A stretch of 64,000 bases of DNA from Raja brachyura (Eukaryota): NCBI GenBank assembly GCA_963514005.1, contig OY740812.1, positions 10,602,001-10,666,000 of the forward strand. Direction: 5' to 3'. Of the stretch, positions 38,420 to 50,659 are shown piece by piece. Each line of letters opens with the position of its first letter. Within the stretch, counting starts at the first letter, position 1. The notes under the pieces were generated by a model. The model was not told the DNA's origin. It worked only from the letters and a program-made list of their open reading frames with translations, and did no database searches. Position numbers and translations under genes: made by a program.

Positions 38420-38545
38420 TGTTAAAGAAGGAACTGCAGATGCTGGAGAATCTGAAGAAGGGTCTCGACCCGAAACGTCGCCTATCTCCTTCGCTCCTTA
38501 GATGCTGCTGCACCCGCTGAGTTTCTCCAGCTTTTTGTGTAACCC
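38420..38545. mobile_element. Penelope-like terminal repeat with internal inversion
   Basis: ~31-bp tail in - orientation joined to the body in + orientation. TSD aacataatatcaga at 38405-38418 and 38546-38559. Confidence 0.85.
38452..38479 (+). ncRNA. Minimal type I hammerhead ribozyme motif (PLE-type)
   Basis: CTGAAGA-A-GGGT(CTCG)ACCC-GAAA-CG-TC: both conserved boxes, stem II, a GUC triplet and the self-complementary ACGT in place of stem III. Stem I is very weak. Confidence 0.6.
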
Positions 38546-38634
38546 AACATAATATCAGAAATGGGCAGATAGTTTGCACATGGAAATGTCCCACATAAAA
38601 CGATGCAATAATAACCACATTATGTGTGTCAGTG

Positions 38635-38731
38635 AAAGACACAAAATGCTGGAGTAACTCAGTGGGCCAGGCAGCATTCCTGGGGAAAATGCATAGATGA
38701 CATTTTGGGTCGGGACCCTTCTTCAGACTGA
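38635..38731 (-). mobile_element. Penelope-like terminal repeat fragment
   Basis: gacacaaaatgctggagtaactcag...gggtcgggacccttcttcagactgaag. Confidence 0.75.
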
Positions 38732-38914
38732 AGGGCATCCTCCTCTTCTTCAGAAACACATATCTGCATCCTCTAGTCATCCAAATCTTACTTAAAATAC
38801 AACATTTCTAATATTGGATATCTCACTCGATAATATTTGGGAATAATGGATTTATTGATATACAAGTCTCTGAAAGGTAACCATGATGCTTTAATATATT
38901 GACTCAATGACACA

Positions 38915-39403
38915 ACCAGACTGATTCCTGGGATGTCAGGACTGTCTTATGAAGAAAGACTGGATAGACTCGGTTTATACTCTCTAGAATTTAGGAGATT
39001 GAGAGGGGATCTTATAGAAACTAACAAAATTCTTAAGGGGTTGGACAGGCTAGATGCAGGAAGATTGTTCCCGATGTTGGGGAAGTCCAGGACAAGGGGT
39101 CACAGCTTAAGGATAAGGGGGAAATCCTTTAAGACCGAGATGAGAAAGACTTTTTTCACACAGAGTTTGGTGAGTCTCTGGAACTCTCTGCCACAGAGGG
39201 TAGTTGAGGCCAGTTCATTGGCTATATATAAGAGGGAGTTAGATGTGGCCCTTGTGGCTAAGGGGATCAGAGGGTAAGGAGAGAAGGCAGGTACAGGATA
39301 CTGAGTTGGATGATCAGCCATGATCATATTGAATGACGGTGCAGGCTCGAAGGGCCGAATGGCCTACTCCTGCACCTAATTTCTATGTTTCTGTGTTTCT
39401 ATG
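38915..39403 (+). mobile_element. Young CR1-clade LINE, 5'-truncated (ORF2 C-terminus plus 3' UTR)
   Basis: GLSYEERLDRLGLYSLEFRRLRGDLIET...RTRGHSLRI...FFTQ...WNSLP, ending in a (tttctatg)n tail. Confidence 0.92.
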
Positions 39404-41599
39404 ATAACTATGCCATTATTCGCAGATAGTTGATAGCATGACTAGTACATACTGAATTAGTTAAAAATGCCAATTTATTAAAATATAAATAATTGGCATT
39501 TTATACATTATGGAATTGTATGTTGTTGTTTTCAATCCAATTACTTCAGGTGATACAGTAACTAAATGCCAGTTTTTGGCTGTTCATCTAGAACTACTAA
39601 AGCTACACTATATTTTACAAATCTATGTAATATGATCTTTAGGTAAATTGTGCAAATATAAATAGTTTACATTGCATTCTTATATATCTCAATGAATTAT
39701 CCTTTCCAAATCTACCAAACATCATCCGGAATGAAATTTGGGAGATACTAACATTGAAACGGTTAACAGATTGATGCGTTAATTGCCTTACTAGCCTCAC
39801 TAATTGCTCTGCATATTGTGGATTCATGCAATTGCAGGGTGGCAGAAGCAAAGTGTGTCACTACCGTCTTTCAATTAATGCAATATTATGAGAGTTTGAC
39901 TTTATTTTTTTTTAATTGCTTCCAATATTACACATGCTAATACAGAGTAATTCAGAACCACGTGGTCAGATTGAGAAGGATGGCATCGATGGCTGTATTG
40001 GGAAACTGAATAAATAGATAATGGAGAATAAAACAAAGGGTTATGTTGGTACAACGAGAGAAAGAAAAGCAGGAGGTAGTTTGTATGGAATAAAATCTAT
40101 GTAAGTTTATTGAAATAGATACTGTATCTGTTGAAAAACTAATTGATGTAGCTTTAAAGCCAGAGACTGCAATAGAGGCAACAGAGAACATGGCCAACAT
40201 TACGTGTCTGAAACCCTGCTACCATACTACAATGCATCATACCATAAACAGTCATCATATACTGTGTTTATAATATATTTGGAAGAATTTGTTATCAATC
40301 CAAACTTTGACTCACCAAACCCTAACTGGTATTATAGATACATAAAAGCACTATTTGTGACTCAAACATAAAGCATCCAAATACACATGATATGAAAAGT
40401 AGTGCAGCATGCAAAACTGCCACCAACATATATTGCTCTACATAATCCTATAAAACCTTAAGAACCAATACTTACATGTGAATATTTTTCACATATTTGC
40501 AATATCTATCATGCAGTTTGTTGAAGTTGAAGTGTTTTTCCTACACTACCTCATCCTCTTCCAGGATCCCAAAATGAGTCACCTCACCATCCCAGTATTT
40601 CACTTCCGACTGCTGTTTATAGTTGTGTTGGCAAACAACACCATTTCTATATGATTTACCTTGTAGTTTTTGCACCTATGATAATAATCCGCATTATGGA
40701 AATTGTTCCTTTGCAAAGGTTTGTTCAATTTTAAAAATAAAGGACATTAAACAAATCTCCAAGCTTCAAACTTTAACATGTTGACAATTGCACTGGTGAC
40801 CATTAAAATAAATTATGGAATTGTCTTCTTTACAGATAACCTTGATTAAAAACATTACATTAATTTTTAAAAACTCAATTTCATTAGTCTTTAATTGCTA
40901 ACTCAATAATTTCCCATAGCAAATTGAACTAAATTTTTACTTACTCTATTTTATGAAACTAAATTTGATGTTTAAAAATAACTCAAAAGACATTTATTTC
41001 CATTTAAATCTCAGTTATTGTCTATCTTAAGTGCTTTTCCAAGTATAAATAAGAAAAAAATACCCTTGGATGCAGTAGGGTGAATTTAATGTTGAAAGAT
41101 AAAACTAATGGGTTTCCACTCCTCTTTACTTGAATCCATGATTTGACAAAAAGTAAATGGACTAGAATGTGGTAGCATTATCAAATTGAGTTATTCTTAT
41201 CCCTTCTCAATTATAATCATGGCACCAAGTCTAAAGTAAATCTTAGACTTGTAAGTGGGGGTGATTTCTGTTTATGTTGCCACAAACAAAATTATGATTC
41301 AGCCAACCATATAACAAGGCCAAATTCAAGAACAATTTACCAGTATATGTCCCAATGAAAACTCAGTTTGACACATTAATTTTGTTTCACGTTCGTTTAA
41401 GTACTCGAGTATTGAGCATGGTGCTTAAGGTGAAATGGGAAAGATTTAAAATGGATCTGAGTGGCAATGTTTTCATACAGAGGGTAGTACATAATATGGA
41501 ACGAGTGCTGGAGATTATGGTGCATGATACATGGCTTGAAAAGGTTCGGAGGCATATGAAGCAGGTACAGGAACTACCTTGGTCAGGCAAAATGTAATA

Positions 41600-42070
41600 A
41601 CAAGGAACTGCAGATGTTGGTGTACCAAAGAAAGATACAAAATGCTTGAATAACTCAGAGGGTCATGCAGCATCTCTGAAGAACATTGATAGATGTTTAG
41701 ACCTTTCTTCAAATTAATTGCATGGGGAGTGGGAAGGAAAGCAGGTAGAGAGGAGGGGCGGACAAGCATGGACAGTAATAGGCGAACACCGGTGATGGGG
41801 GTGGTTGATAGGCAGAATGGTGTACAAAGGCCAGAGATTAAAAAAAACAGGTGCAAGCCTAAAGGATAAAATTTTGCAAATTATGAAGCCAGAGGATAGA
41901 AAGGCTGCAAATTGGGTAGCTGGAGGAAGGAATGTAGGTAGAGGGGGAGAGGGGGGGGGGGGGGGAGAAACTACTGCAAGGACAGCCAGGGTTCAGGGAA
42001 AGAGGGATGAGTTTGTAGAAGTTAACTAAAATTGGAGAATTCAATGTTCATACCATTGGGTTGTAAGCTG
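41600..42070 (-). mobile_element. Penelope-like element 3' end (endonuclease C-terminus, UTR and terminal repeat), second subfamily
   Basis: Minus strand at ~42070-42025 reads SLQPNGMNIEFSNFS*, then a pyrimidine-rich UTR and the terminal repeat at 41600-41712. Confidence 0.7.
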
Positions 42071-42322
42071 GATCAACTGAACCTAAAAAATTACCTAATC
42101 TTGTTCAGGCAACTTGGTCGGCATGGACAAGTTAGGGAATAGGACCAGTTTCTAAGCTATAACGCTCCAGGACTCCTTTCTAGTATTTGATTCCTAATTT
42201 CCAGCATCACAGTGTATTTCTTCAGTGCTTGCATTTCTGTCATGTTCAATGAAGGAGCATATGGAAAAGCACCTCACAAAAGTGTAAGCAGCCAAAAATT
42301 AACATCAATGCCAAGAAACTAA

Positions 42323-42430
42323 TGTGTAGAAAAGAATGGCAGATGCTGGTTTACACTGCAGATAGACACAGAATTAACTTAGAGGGTCAGGCAGCATCTC
42401 TGGAGAAAAGGAGTAGGTGACGTTTCAGGT
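42323..42430 (-). mobile_element. Penelope-like terminal repeat fragment
   Basis: gcagatgctggtttacac...gggtcaggcagcatctctggagaaaaggagtaggtgacgtttc. Confidence 0.7.
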
Positions 42431-42921
42431 GTAACTGGAAAGGTGTTACTATAGACTTGCAGGAGGAAGGAATGCATGATGAGGTGGATTTTCAGGGGTT
42501 AGAACCTAGATGGTGAAGAAATGTTTACCAATAATGGATGGAGGGAATAGAAGTTATGCAAGAATTAAAATTTGGTTAAAATCAAAGATTTCGAGGTTTG
42601 TTGGGCTGGGTGAGTTTGAGAATTAGAGAATGGAAATGAAATTATTTGAACAGAATTGAAAATATATTCAATTAGAAGATTTGAAGAGCAAGCTTAATCC
42701 TTAAACAAAGTTATTATCCAAGTACATTTGAACACTAAAACGATGCTACAATATCATATGGACCATTGGAGATTAAGTGTTCAGTCTGTGGAACCAGTTC
42801 CCTATGTGGTCAGTGTGTTTTATGCTGATCATTTAAATACAAATTAGATGGCTTTCCCTTTGAAAGTAATATTTTTGATACAGTGAATGAATAATCTGAG
42901 ATATAACATATGGTAAAAGCA

Positions 42922-43143
42922 GGTAGACACAAAATGCTGGAGTAACTCAGTGGGACAGGCAGCATCTCTGGAGAGAAGGAATGGGTGACGTCTCGGGTCG
43001 AGACCCTTTTCTAGACTGAAGAAGGGTCTCGACCCAAAACATCATCCGTTCCTTCTCTCCAGGGATACTGCCTGTCCCGCTGAGTTACTCCAGCATTTCG
43101 TGTCTACCTTCGATTTAAACCCGCATCTGCAGTTCTTTCTTAT
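42922..43143. mobile_element. Penelope-like terminal repeat, full fold-back insertion
   Basis: ~90-bp inverted arms meeting at ...cttttctagactgaagaaggg..., plus tail. TSD acatatggtaaa(a/t)gca at 42906-42921 and 43144-43159. Confidence 0.85.
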
Positions 43144-43529
43144 ACATATGGTAAATGCAACTTGGTTGTGAGGAGCAGGTGACTATTGACATATAACTTC
43201 CAAAAAGTTTTCCCTCACCTCAAGGCTGGGTCTATTGTAAACTAGTAGATAGAGATTAATTGCCAAGATTATTCAACAGTGCTCTTTATTGTGGATTTGT
43301 GCAATGCAGGGTGGCAGATGGTCAACTAGATACACAGTTGACTTGCTTATCACCGATTCCACTGCTAGTACCCAAGTACCATTGTAGCATTAAACGTGAC
43401 AGTGAAACGAAATTAGCACCATCCTACAATGAATTTAGCTACTGTCACACAGATTCAATGGAACATATAACGATTTGAGGAATTTGGTACATGTCCCTTT
43501 GAAGATTTCATTGTGGTGTTTCTGGTAAC

Positions 43530-43761
43530 AGAAATAGAAACATAGAAAAACATAGAAACATAGAAAAATAGGTGCAGGAGTAGGCCATTCGGCCCTTCGA
43601 GCCTGCACTGCCATTCAATGTGATCATGGCTGATCATCCAACTCAGTATCCCGTACCTGCCTTCTCTCCATACCCCCTGATCCCTTTAGCCACAAGTGCC
43701 ACATCTAACGCCCTCTTAAATATAGCCAATGAACTGGCCTCAACTACCTTCTGTGGCAGAG
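43530..43761 (-). mobile_element. Young CR1-clade LINE 3' end
   Basis: Nearly identical to the 3' ends at 39190-39403 and 48246-48455, with a (catagaaa)n tail. Confidence 0.9.
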
Positions 43762-43872
43762 TACACAGTAAATCTGTCGTTATTGTGTAGATTCTAATGC
43801 TAGTTTTGTTTTTATTTCAATACCGTACAATCACAAAAATACTATGCCAGCGGTTGCTGGAATGAGGTTGCT

Positions 43873-44200
43873 GCATCTCATATTTTGCATGGGAAGCTTA
43901 CAACCCAGTGGTACAAATATTGATTTCTCTAACTTCAAGAAACCTCTGCATTCCCTCTCTCTTCATCCCCCCCCCACCCAAATTTCACCAGCTTCTCATT
44001 CTCACCTAGAAAACAGCTAACAATGGCCCGTTTCCATTATCATTGTTTCTTTTTGCATATGTTTCATTCATTTGTTACATATCTCTCTACTTCATCTATA
44101 TCTTGTTTCCTTTTCCCCTGACTCTCAGTCTGAAGAAGGGTCTCGACTGGAAATGACACCCATTCCTTCTCTCCAGAGATGCTGCCTGTCCTGCTGAGTT
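43873..44200 (+). mobile_element. Penelope-like element 3' end linking the GIY-YIG C-terminus to the terminal repeat
   Basis: HLIFCMGSLQPSGTNIDFSNFK, then a UTR homologous to 63860-64000, running directly into gtctgaagaagggtctcgac...gatgctgcctgtcc. Confidence 0.8.
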
Positions 44201-45562
44201 AATTGATATTGCACTGCAAGATGGTCACATTTGAGCTAACAAAGGCACACTGAAGAGAACAAGATAACGGGGAACTTAATGTCTGCCACCAGTTAACCAG
44301 TGCGCTTCTTAGAATGAAGGAGGGAGAGGGAGACAAATGATCAAGAAGGAAACATGGTACATTAAGAGTACAATTGGCCAAATAAGATATAAGGAGAGGG
44401 GAAGGTTAAATTAAACGAGAACCAAGGAATTTAGGATTTTTTTTAAATATTTATAAAAAACAGACAAGAACAACTGTTTTGGTGGGATGGTGGGATTGCA
44501 CTCATGCATGGTATGAAGTGTACCGAGATAAAGATTCTTACTTTATCTCACTACACGTGACAATGATGTCAATATCATTACTTGAAGGAGAAGAACTCGG
44601 TCGTTTTACTTGTTCACGTTATGAGTCTCTGAAGGTAAGTGGCAACGCGGCCGCATCACAATCTCAATAGTATCATCACGACGTGGTTAGAAACATCCCA
44701 ACCCTCTGAAGATTTAGCTACATGCCTCACAAACACAGCAACAACCCCCTCCCCCTCACACACACGCGCAATTTTGTTTTTACATATACAGTGAAGCTGA
44801 CCCTGGATTGGAAGAGCACAAATCCCCCAACAATTTGTGGGAATTCACGACTCACCAGGGACCCCTTCCTCAGCCCCATCCCAGACAGAAAAGATTCTTA
44901 AACTTGTATTTCCCTGGTAAATTCGGGGCTGTTGATACAGCGGCAAGTGACCGATGGAGGCTTTAAATTTGGAAATTAGGATAACGTGCCACGGAATTTT
45001 GCACTAAACGAAGTTGACGCTGACTAACAAATTCCAATTCCCTACCAATTCTCCATTTCAATGCAACCACGCATAAAAACAAACTGTTCTAATCTCCAAT
45101 GTGACCATTGGTTTGTCCATTGAAATTGATAACAATGAATAGATGTGATGTTCCTCCATTCCAGATTAGTCATCCTCAAACTCCTGAGAATTCCAGTTTA
45201 GCATTGACCAACATATAATTTCATTAGCAGTAAATAGTTATACACTATCGAGTGATTTGACAGAAAACGGTTTAACATTCCCGATGACACTTGCTATTTC
45301 AAATGCATGTATTTGGATTGGTTATACAAACAATTACATTTGTTTTTGGAGGGTAGAGTTATTCTAACCATAAGTTTACCCTGCCCATTTGGTTAATTTT
45401 ACTTGGGGCTACTCAGTAAAAGATTGTGTGTTTTCATAGTGTAAGCATTTCTGCAAAAAGTCTTTCTTTTTCGGTTTTCACTCCCTCCGCCCCTCCCCTG
45501 AATGGAAGGTGTGTTAGTATTCCGCCATTCTGATCTTGCCTGGGAGTGTCAGCTTGAAATAC

Positions 45563-45804
45563 CTTTATCCAGAACTGGCCCGAAGATGGCCAGGTTGTCA
45601 TTGACAGTGGTGCAGTTCCACCTCCTGCCCCGGAACTGGTGTTGGCACTCCTGGATTCCGATCTTGACTCCCTCGGCCACACTGGGCATGATCTCGATGT
45701 AGTTCCTGCAGAAGCGGAGTTGCTTTGGGACTAGACCCGGGATACTACCGCAGAGGATGGGTTGGGAACCGAGAGACGAGTACTGATGCCCCAGAGCCAG
45801 AGAC
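45563..45804 (-). CDS. WNT3: Wnt-3 exon 2 (242 nt)
   Basis: SLALGHQYSSLGSQPILCGSIPGLVPKQLRFCRNYIEIMPSVAEGVKIGIQECQHQFRGRRWNCTTVNDNLAIFGPVLDK. Acceptor ctcttatcttgtccAG at 45806-45805, donor GTattt at 45562. Confidence 0.97.
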
Positions 45805-47403
45805 CTGGACAAGATAAGAGATGGTCAAACCAATGCAATTAAGGAATTATTTGTTTTAAATTACTCATTATTAGTCAGAAACAAAAACAAAATATTGAAC
45901 CGGCATTCTTAGTTCATTCTTATTACAATCGTTGACATGTATTCGTTCTCAATTAGCAGGAAAGGCTAAATTTCCTCCGGCGCTCTTCCCCGCCTGAGCA
46001 CGAGTACTTGTGAATCTTGCAATATTCTCGTCAAATATTCGGTTAGAATTATTCATTTTTCAATTTCTAATGCAATTACTTTTCCACTTAATTATTTTTG
46101 AGGGGTTTCGTATACGGCAAGATTGCCGGCGGTTTTTCTTTTGTACTGAACTTTTTTCTGCACAGCGCTGATGTGCTTTTTATTGGGACGTTTCCATTTT
46201 TAATAAACATTCTGCGTGAAATAATTTTACAAACATTACACTAACAACCATTTCCGACCTTTCGGAAGTTAACGAATTTAGGGTAATATTTGCAAGATAC
46301 AGAGTGCCAGGGTTGCAGAGGTTTACAGATCCAGTTACCCAATGTCAATTTTTTGCCAATTCTGGATATAGTCTCAAAACTCGCGAGTGGGTGGGGGTTA
46401 AAGGATCTTGCCGGAGCAATAAATATTAAATTACTCCTGGCCCGAGCCAAAAAATAAATAGTGACTTACGTTTAAATAATAAATATATTGATAGGTCAAT
46501 AATCGCCTCATAGAAGACAAATGCAGTAGGAAAAAGTAGACTTCTGACAGGAATTAATTCGCGAGACAATCGACATTATTAAATTAATCAGAACTGGCCA
46601 ATGCAGATCTTCAAGCCTTAAGCACCAAGTAGATGAGAATCAGAGTTTACACCCCTGCATCTTAGCCCTGCGTACATATCATTCACTAAATATCTTAAAA
46701 CGTCAACAATATAAACATTCTGTCGCCCGAGATGCCATTCACACTCTCCTCCCAAATACAGACCCTCGCGGGGAGCATTCCCGTTCGCTGTAATTGTACA
46801 TTTCGAACTGTTTTGCATTCCAATAAATGTCCCTGGTCATGATATCTGGCCAGTTTCCCTGGCTGAATTCCTCGTGTTGATAAATTCCTCACTCCGGCAA
46901 AATAAAACATATTGAAGAGGCGCCAGATAATTATTACACCAAGACACAAGGACCTGCACATGCCGGAATCTTGAGCAAAACGCAGCACTCAATTATTATA
47001 ACGTTACTGATAGCCGATCAGATCCCAGATTCTGGCCTTGTGTCTGTAGCACCTTTTGATTTAAACAGTGCTCAGTTAAACGTGATTTTGACAGTTTGTT
47101 GAAACACGTGTGCACGTCCCGGGCCCATCTGTCAACAAACACCGACATCCAACGTCGCTGTTTACAGGAGCTGACAACGCCACAAGGTCAATTACCAACG
47201 TTGATTGTACAAGGAATTCCACTTAATCTAAACAGAATCGAACTCGATGGGGTATGAGACCCCGTCATTGCCTTCCAAGGTAACTACTTTGAACGTGTTT
47301 CATAATTGTTAATCGTTTTATAAATTGAAATTAATTAGATCCAATGATAAATGCACGTAGTGAACAAAAACGTGCTTGCTAAAATATAAAACAGCTAAAC
47401 TTA

Positions 47404-47435
47404 CACTCATGGAGTGACTTTAACAGCGAGGTGAC
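47404..47435 (+). repeat. Copy 1 of an exact 32-bp direct repeat
   Basis: cactcatggagtgactttaacagcgaggtgac, identical to 49671-49702. Confidence 0.9.
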
Positions 47436-48245
47436 TAAATTTAATAGGCCGCTACACTGCCGAAATCAGAAACTCTTTGTATTGTCAACAATAAAATAAC
47501 CACACTAGCAGAAATGCATCTAAATCTGATCAAGTGATGCAAATAAATTATCGATATTGAAACTAAAACTAAAATGGGGACCTGACTGGAAGCACTGATG
47601 GCCGATGGAGACTAGGTCAAAACATTTACTCTGACCCATAAGTAAGTCGATGTAAACATATAGATCATAAATAGCCTCGACGTGACAGATGCACAATGCA
47701 CTCCCTCATGGCAAAACCCGGCAGATGATGGTAATCCGAAATAAAATAACAAAATACTGGAAGTATTTTTTTTACTAAAATACCAGAAGCCATTCAGTCT
47801 CTGATTAAAGATGAGCCGAATGTTTCAGATTCGTGGCGTTTCATTAGAATAAACGGCTCCAAGATACAGCGAAAGATGGTTTTAAGCAACATCTTACAAT
47901 CTTGTACTTTTTCCACTTCTGATGGAAGGTGGTGGACTTCAAAGGGTAACTTTTTGCTCCACAGATGCTATTTGATCTACTATTTCCAGATGTTTCTGTT
48001 TGTTTTGCAAATACCATCCTGGTCATTCACACACATGTAAATGCAGCCAATTGATATATTAGTACATATTTTCGACTAGATAAAGTATGTAAGTGATAAT
48101 TATCTATGGATAATTTGTGCATTTGATATATCCACAGATTTTGGAGAGTGTAATAAAATCAAAAGATGGGAAGAGACTGTTTCCCCTTTTATTTTTTGTA
48201 ACTTATTTTCCAGAAGAATTTTGATGCTGGTGGACAATCTCTTAG

Positions 48246-48899
48246 ATAGAAACATAGAAATTAGGTGCAGGAGTAGGCCATTCGGCCCTTCGAGCCTGCA
48301 CCGCCATTCAATATGATCATGGCTGATCATCCAACTCAGTATCCCGTACCTGCCTTCTCTCCATACCCCCTGATCCCCTTAGCCACAAGGGCCACATCTA
48401 ACTCCCTCTTAAATATAGCCAATGAACTGGCCTCAACTACCCTCTGTGGCAGAGAGTTCCAGAGACCCACCACTCTCTGTGTGAAAAAATTCCTTCTCAT
48501 CTTGGTCCTAAAGGATTTCCCCCTTATCCTTAAGCTGTGACCCCTTGTCCTGGACCTCCCCAACATCGGGAACAATCTTCCTACATCTAGCCTGTCCAAC
48601 CCCTTAAGAATCTTGTAAGTTTCTATAAGATCCCCTCTCAATCTCCTAAATTCTAGAGAGTATAAACCGAGTCTATGCAGTCTTTGTTCATAAGACAGTC
48701 CTGACATCCCAGGAATCAGTCTGGTGAACCTTTGCTGCACTCCCTCTATGGCAATAATGTCCTTCCTCAGATTTGGAGACCAGAACTGTATGCAATACTC
48801 CAGGTGTGGCCTCACCAAGACCCTATACAACTGAAGTAGAACCTCCCTGCTCCTATACTCAAATCCTTTTGCTATGAAAGCTAACATACCATTCGCTTT
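48246..48899 (-). mobile_element. Young CR1-clade LINE, 5'-truncated, open ORF2 C-terminus
   Basis: KANGMLAFI...LLQLYRVLVRPHLEYCIQFWSP...IEGVQQRFTRLIPG...FFTQRVVGLWNSLP, with tail at 48246-48260. Confidence 0.93.
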
Positions 48900-49404
48900 G
48901 TTTAATTGGGAGTGAGAACCTGTGGGTATTTCATTGCTGCCCCCTGTGAGACAACAAGGTAGAAGTGGCATGAAAAGCAAAAGGCAGGGCATTTTACTCA
49001 ACCTGACTGGTTGAAAACAAGATGCATTTCACAAAGTGTATTGATGAAAGCAGAGAGTAAGTTTTGGAACAGAGAAGTGGAGTGGGGCAGAGGGTCTGTT
49101 GGGGATGGGAGTGTGGGAGAGGTAATTGTTGTTGATGGTGTGGGTGCCATGGTTTTGGGAAAGTCAGCAGAGTAGAGTTGAGAGGTGTAAGTAACACCGC
49201 TGAGAATGATTGGAGTGAGTTTATGAGCGAGATAACAGCAGAGAAAATGAGAATGAGTTTCACTGGGTAGTTCCAGGGGAATGAAGCAGCAGAATCAACG
49301 TTCCAATGGTGTAAGTGAATGGGAATTGACACAATGTAGATTGAATTAGAACACCAGGCGGGGAGGTCCCACTGTGTTGACAAACTCTGGGAGCTACATC
49401 TTCT

Positions 49405-49670
49405 ATAGACTTTAGAATTTTAGAGATGCATCATGGAAATAGGCCCTTCGGCCCACTGAGTCTGTGCCGACCAGTACACTCACTAGTACTGTCCTACACG
49501 CCTACAAACCTGTAGGTCTTTGGGATGCAAGAGGAAACTGGAGTACCCAGGGAAAACCCATGTGGTCACAGGGAGAACGTACAAACTCCATACCGACAGT
49601 GCCCGTAGTCAGTATCAAACCCGGGTCTCTGATACTGTAAGGGAGCAACTCTACCGCTGCGCCACTCTGC
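49405..49670 (-). mobile_element. tRNA-derived SINE (HE1-like), full length
   Basis: Minus strand begins ggcagagtggcgcagcggtagagttgc (A box) ...ccgggtttgatactg (B-box-like), followed by the shared core and a CR1-type tail. Confidence 0.8.
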
Positions 49671-49702
49671 CACTCATGGAGTGACTTTAACAGCGAGGTG
49701 AC
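49671..49702 (+). repeat. Copy 2 of the exact 32-bp direct repeat
   Basis: Identical to 47404-47435 and abuts the SINE 5' end. Confidence 0.9.
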
Positions 49703-50659
49703 AGCTGAGGAAATCTTCCTTCAAGAGCCACCTGAATGTGTAGCAATTAGTAGATCGGTTCCCCATCACAATGCTGTACAACATCAACCTCCACCCTGAA
49801 AGGAAAAGCAAAGAAGAACTAGAGAAACAGATCAAATGGTATTTGTAGCGGGAACGTAAAAGGCAAAGAGTAGGACATAAAAAGAAGAGGAGAAAACAGC
49901 AGCACGCAGAGCAGAGAGTGAAGCAACAGACAATATTCTTTGTGTAGCCTTCCACGTATGATGTCATAGGAGATTTGTGGGCAGATATGGAAATATATAA
50001 ATTCACACATACTCTGAATGAACACATACATTTCCGCGTGTGCAGGTATAAGGTGCACACGTCCAACTACAAATACAGATAGAGAGCTATGCACATTGAT
50101 CGCATACATTTCCTGTCAATGTGTTCTTCTAATGTCCATGTTGTTGGCTCTGCTCTCCTTTGCATTTTTAAACAATATTAATATTTAAACTATCAAGATG
50201 TTTGGACCACTTGAATACACAGTTTCACAAAACAAATCCCATAACATTTACTAGGTGGCATTTTTATAATCATTGTGAATTCAAATTTCCAAAGGTGATA
50301 GGCAATTTTTAAAAAGCTCATATATTTTTCTTATACCTTAACAAAGCAGAAGTGGAGATGTTGTTATTGATGCCAGGAGCGAGGGGGAGTGGAGATAAAC
50401 AGGTTTAGTAAGACCAGAACTAGCAATGGAACAGGTTTGATGATTCCCTTTATTTCAATGGACATGAGACAGAATGTTTCTGTGACAGAATAGCAAGTTT
50501 GAAGTATTTTACGTTTATTAATCAATTATATTAAGAAATATATTTAAATGTGTACTGTTATTTTATGAGATTATGCCATATTTTAATATTAATTGTGAAA
50601 TATGTTTAAAGATTTTAACAGTATGATTAACATCTTTAACAGTATGATTAAAAGCAGAC

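Noticed and set aside
15213-45804. Assignment to WNT3A
   Set aside because: LALG, CGSIPG, NYIEIM, DSHHKGPPGEG, GVLVSREF and ILDHMHLK, together with NSF linkage, indicate WNT3.
48336-49001. 221-aa ORF as a host gene
   Set aside because: It is the CR1 ORF2 C-terminus fused to a chance upstream start in flanking DNA.
49595-49670. tRNA gene (also 36900-36955)
   Set aside because: The A/B boxes belong to SINE heads that continue into a shared core and LINE-type tail. No convincing cloverleaf.
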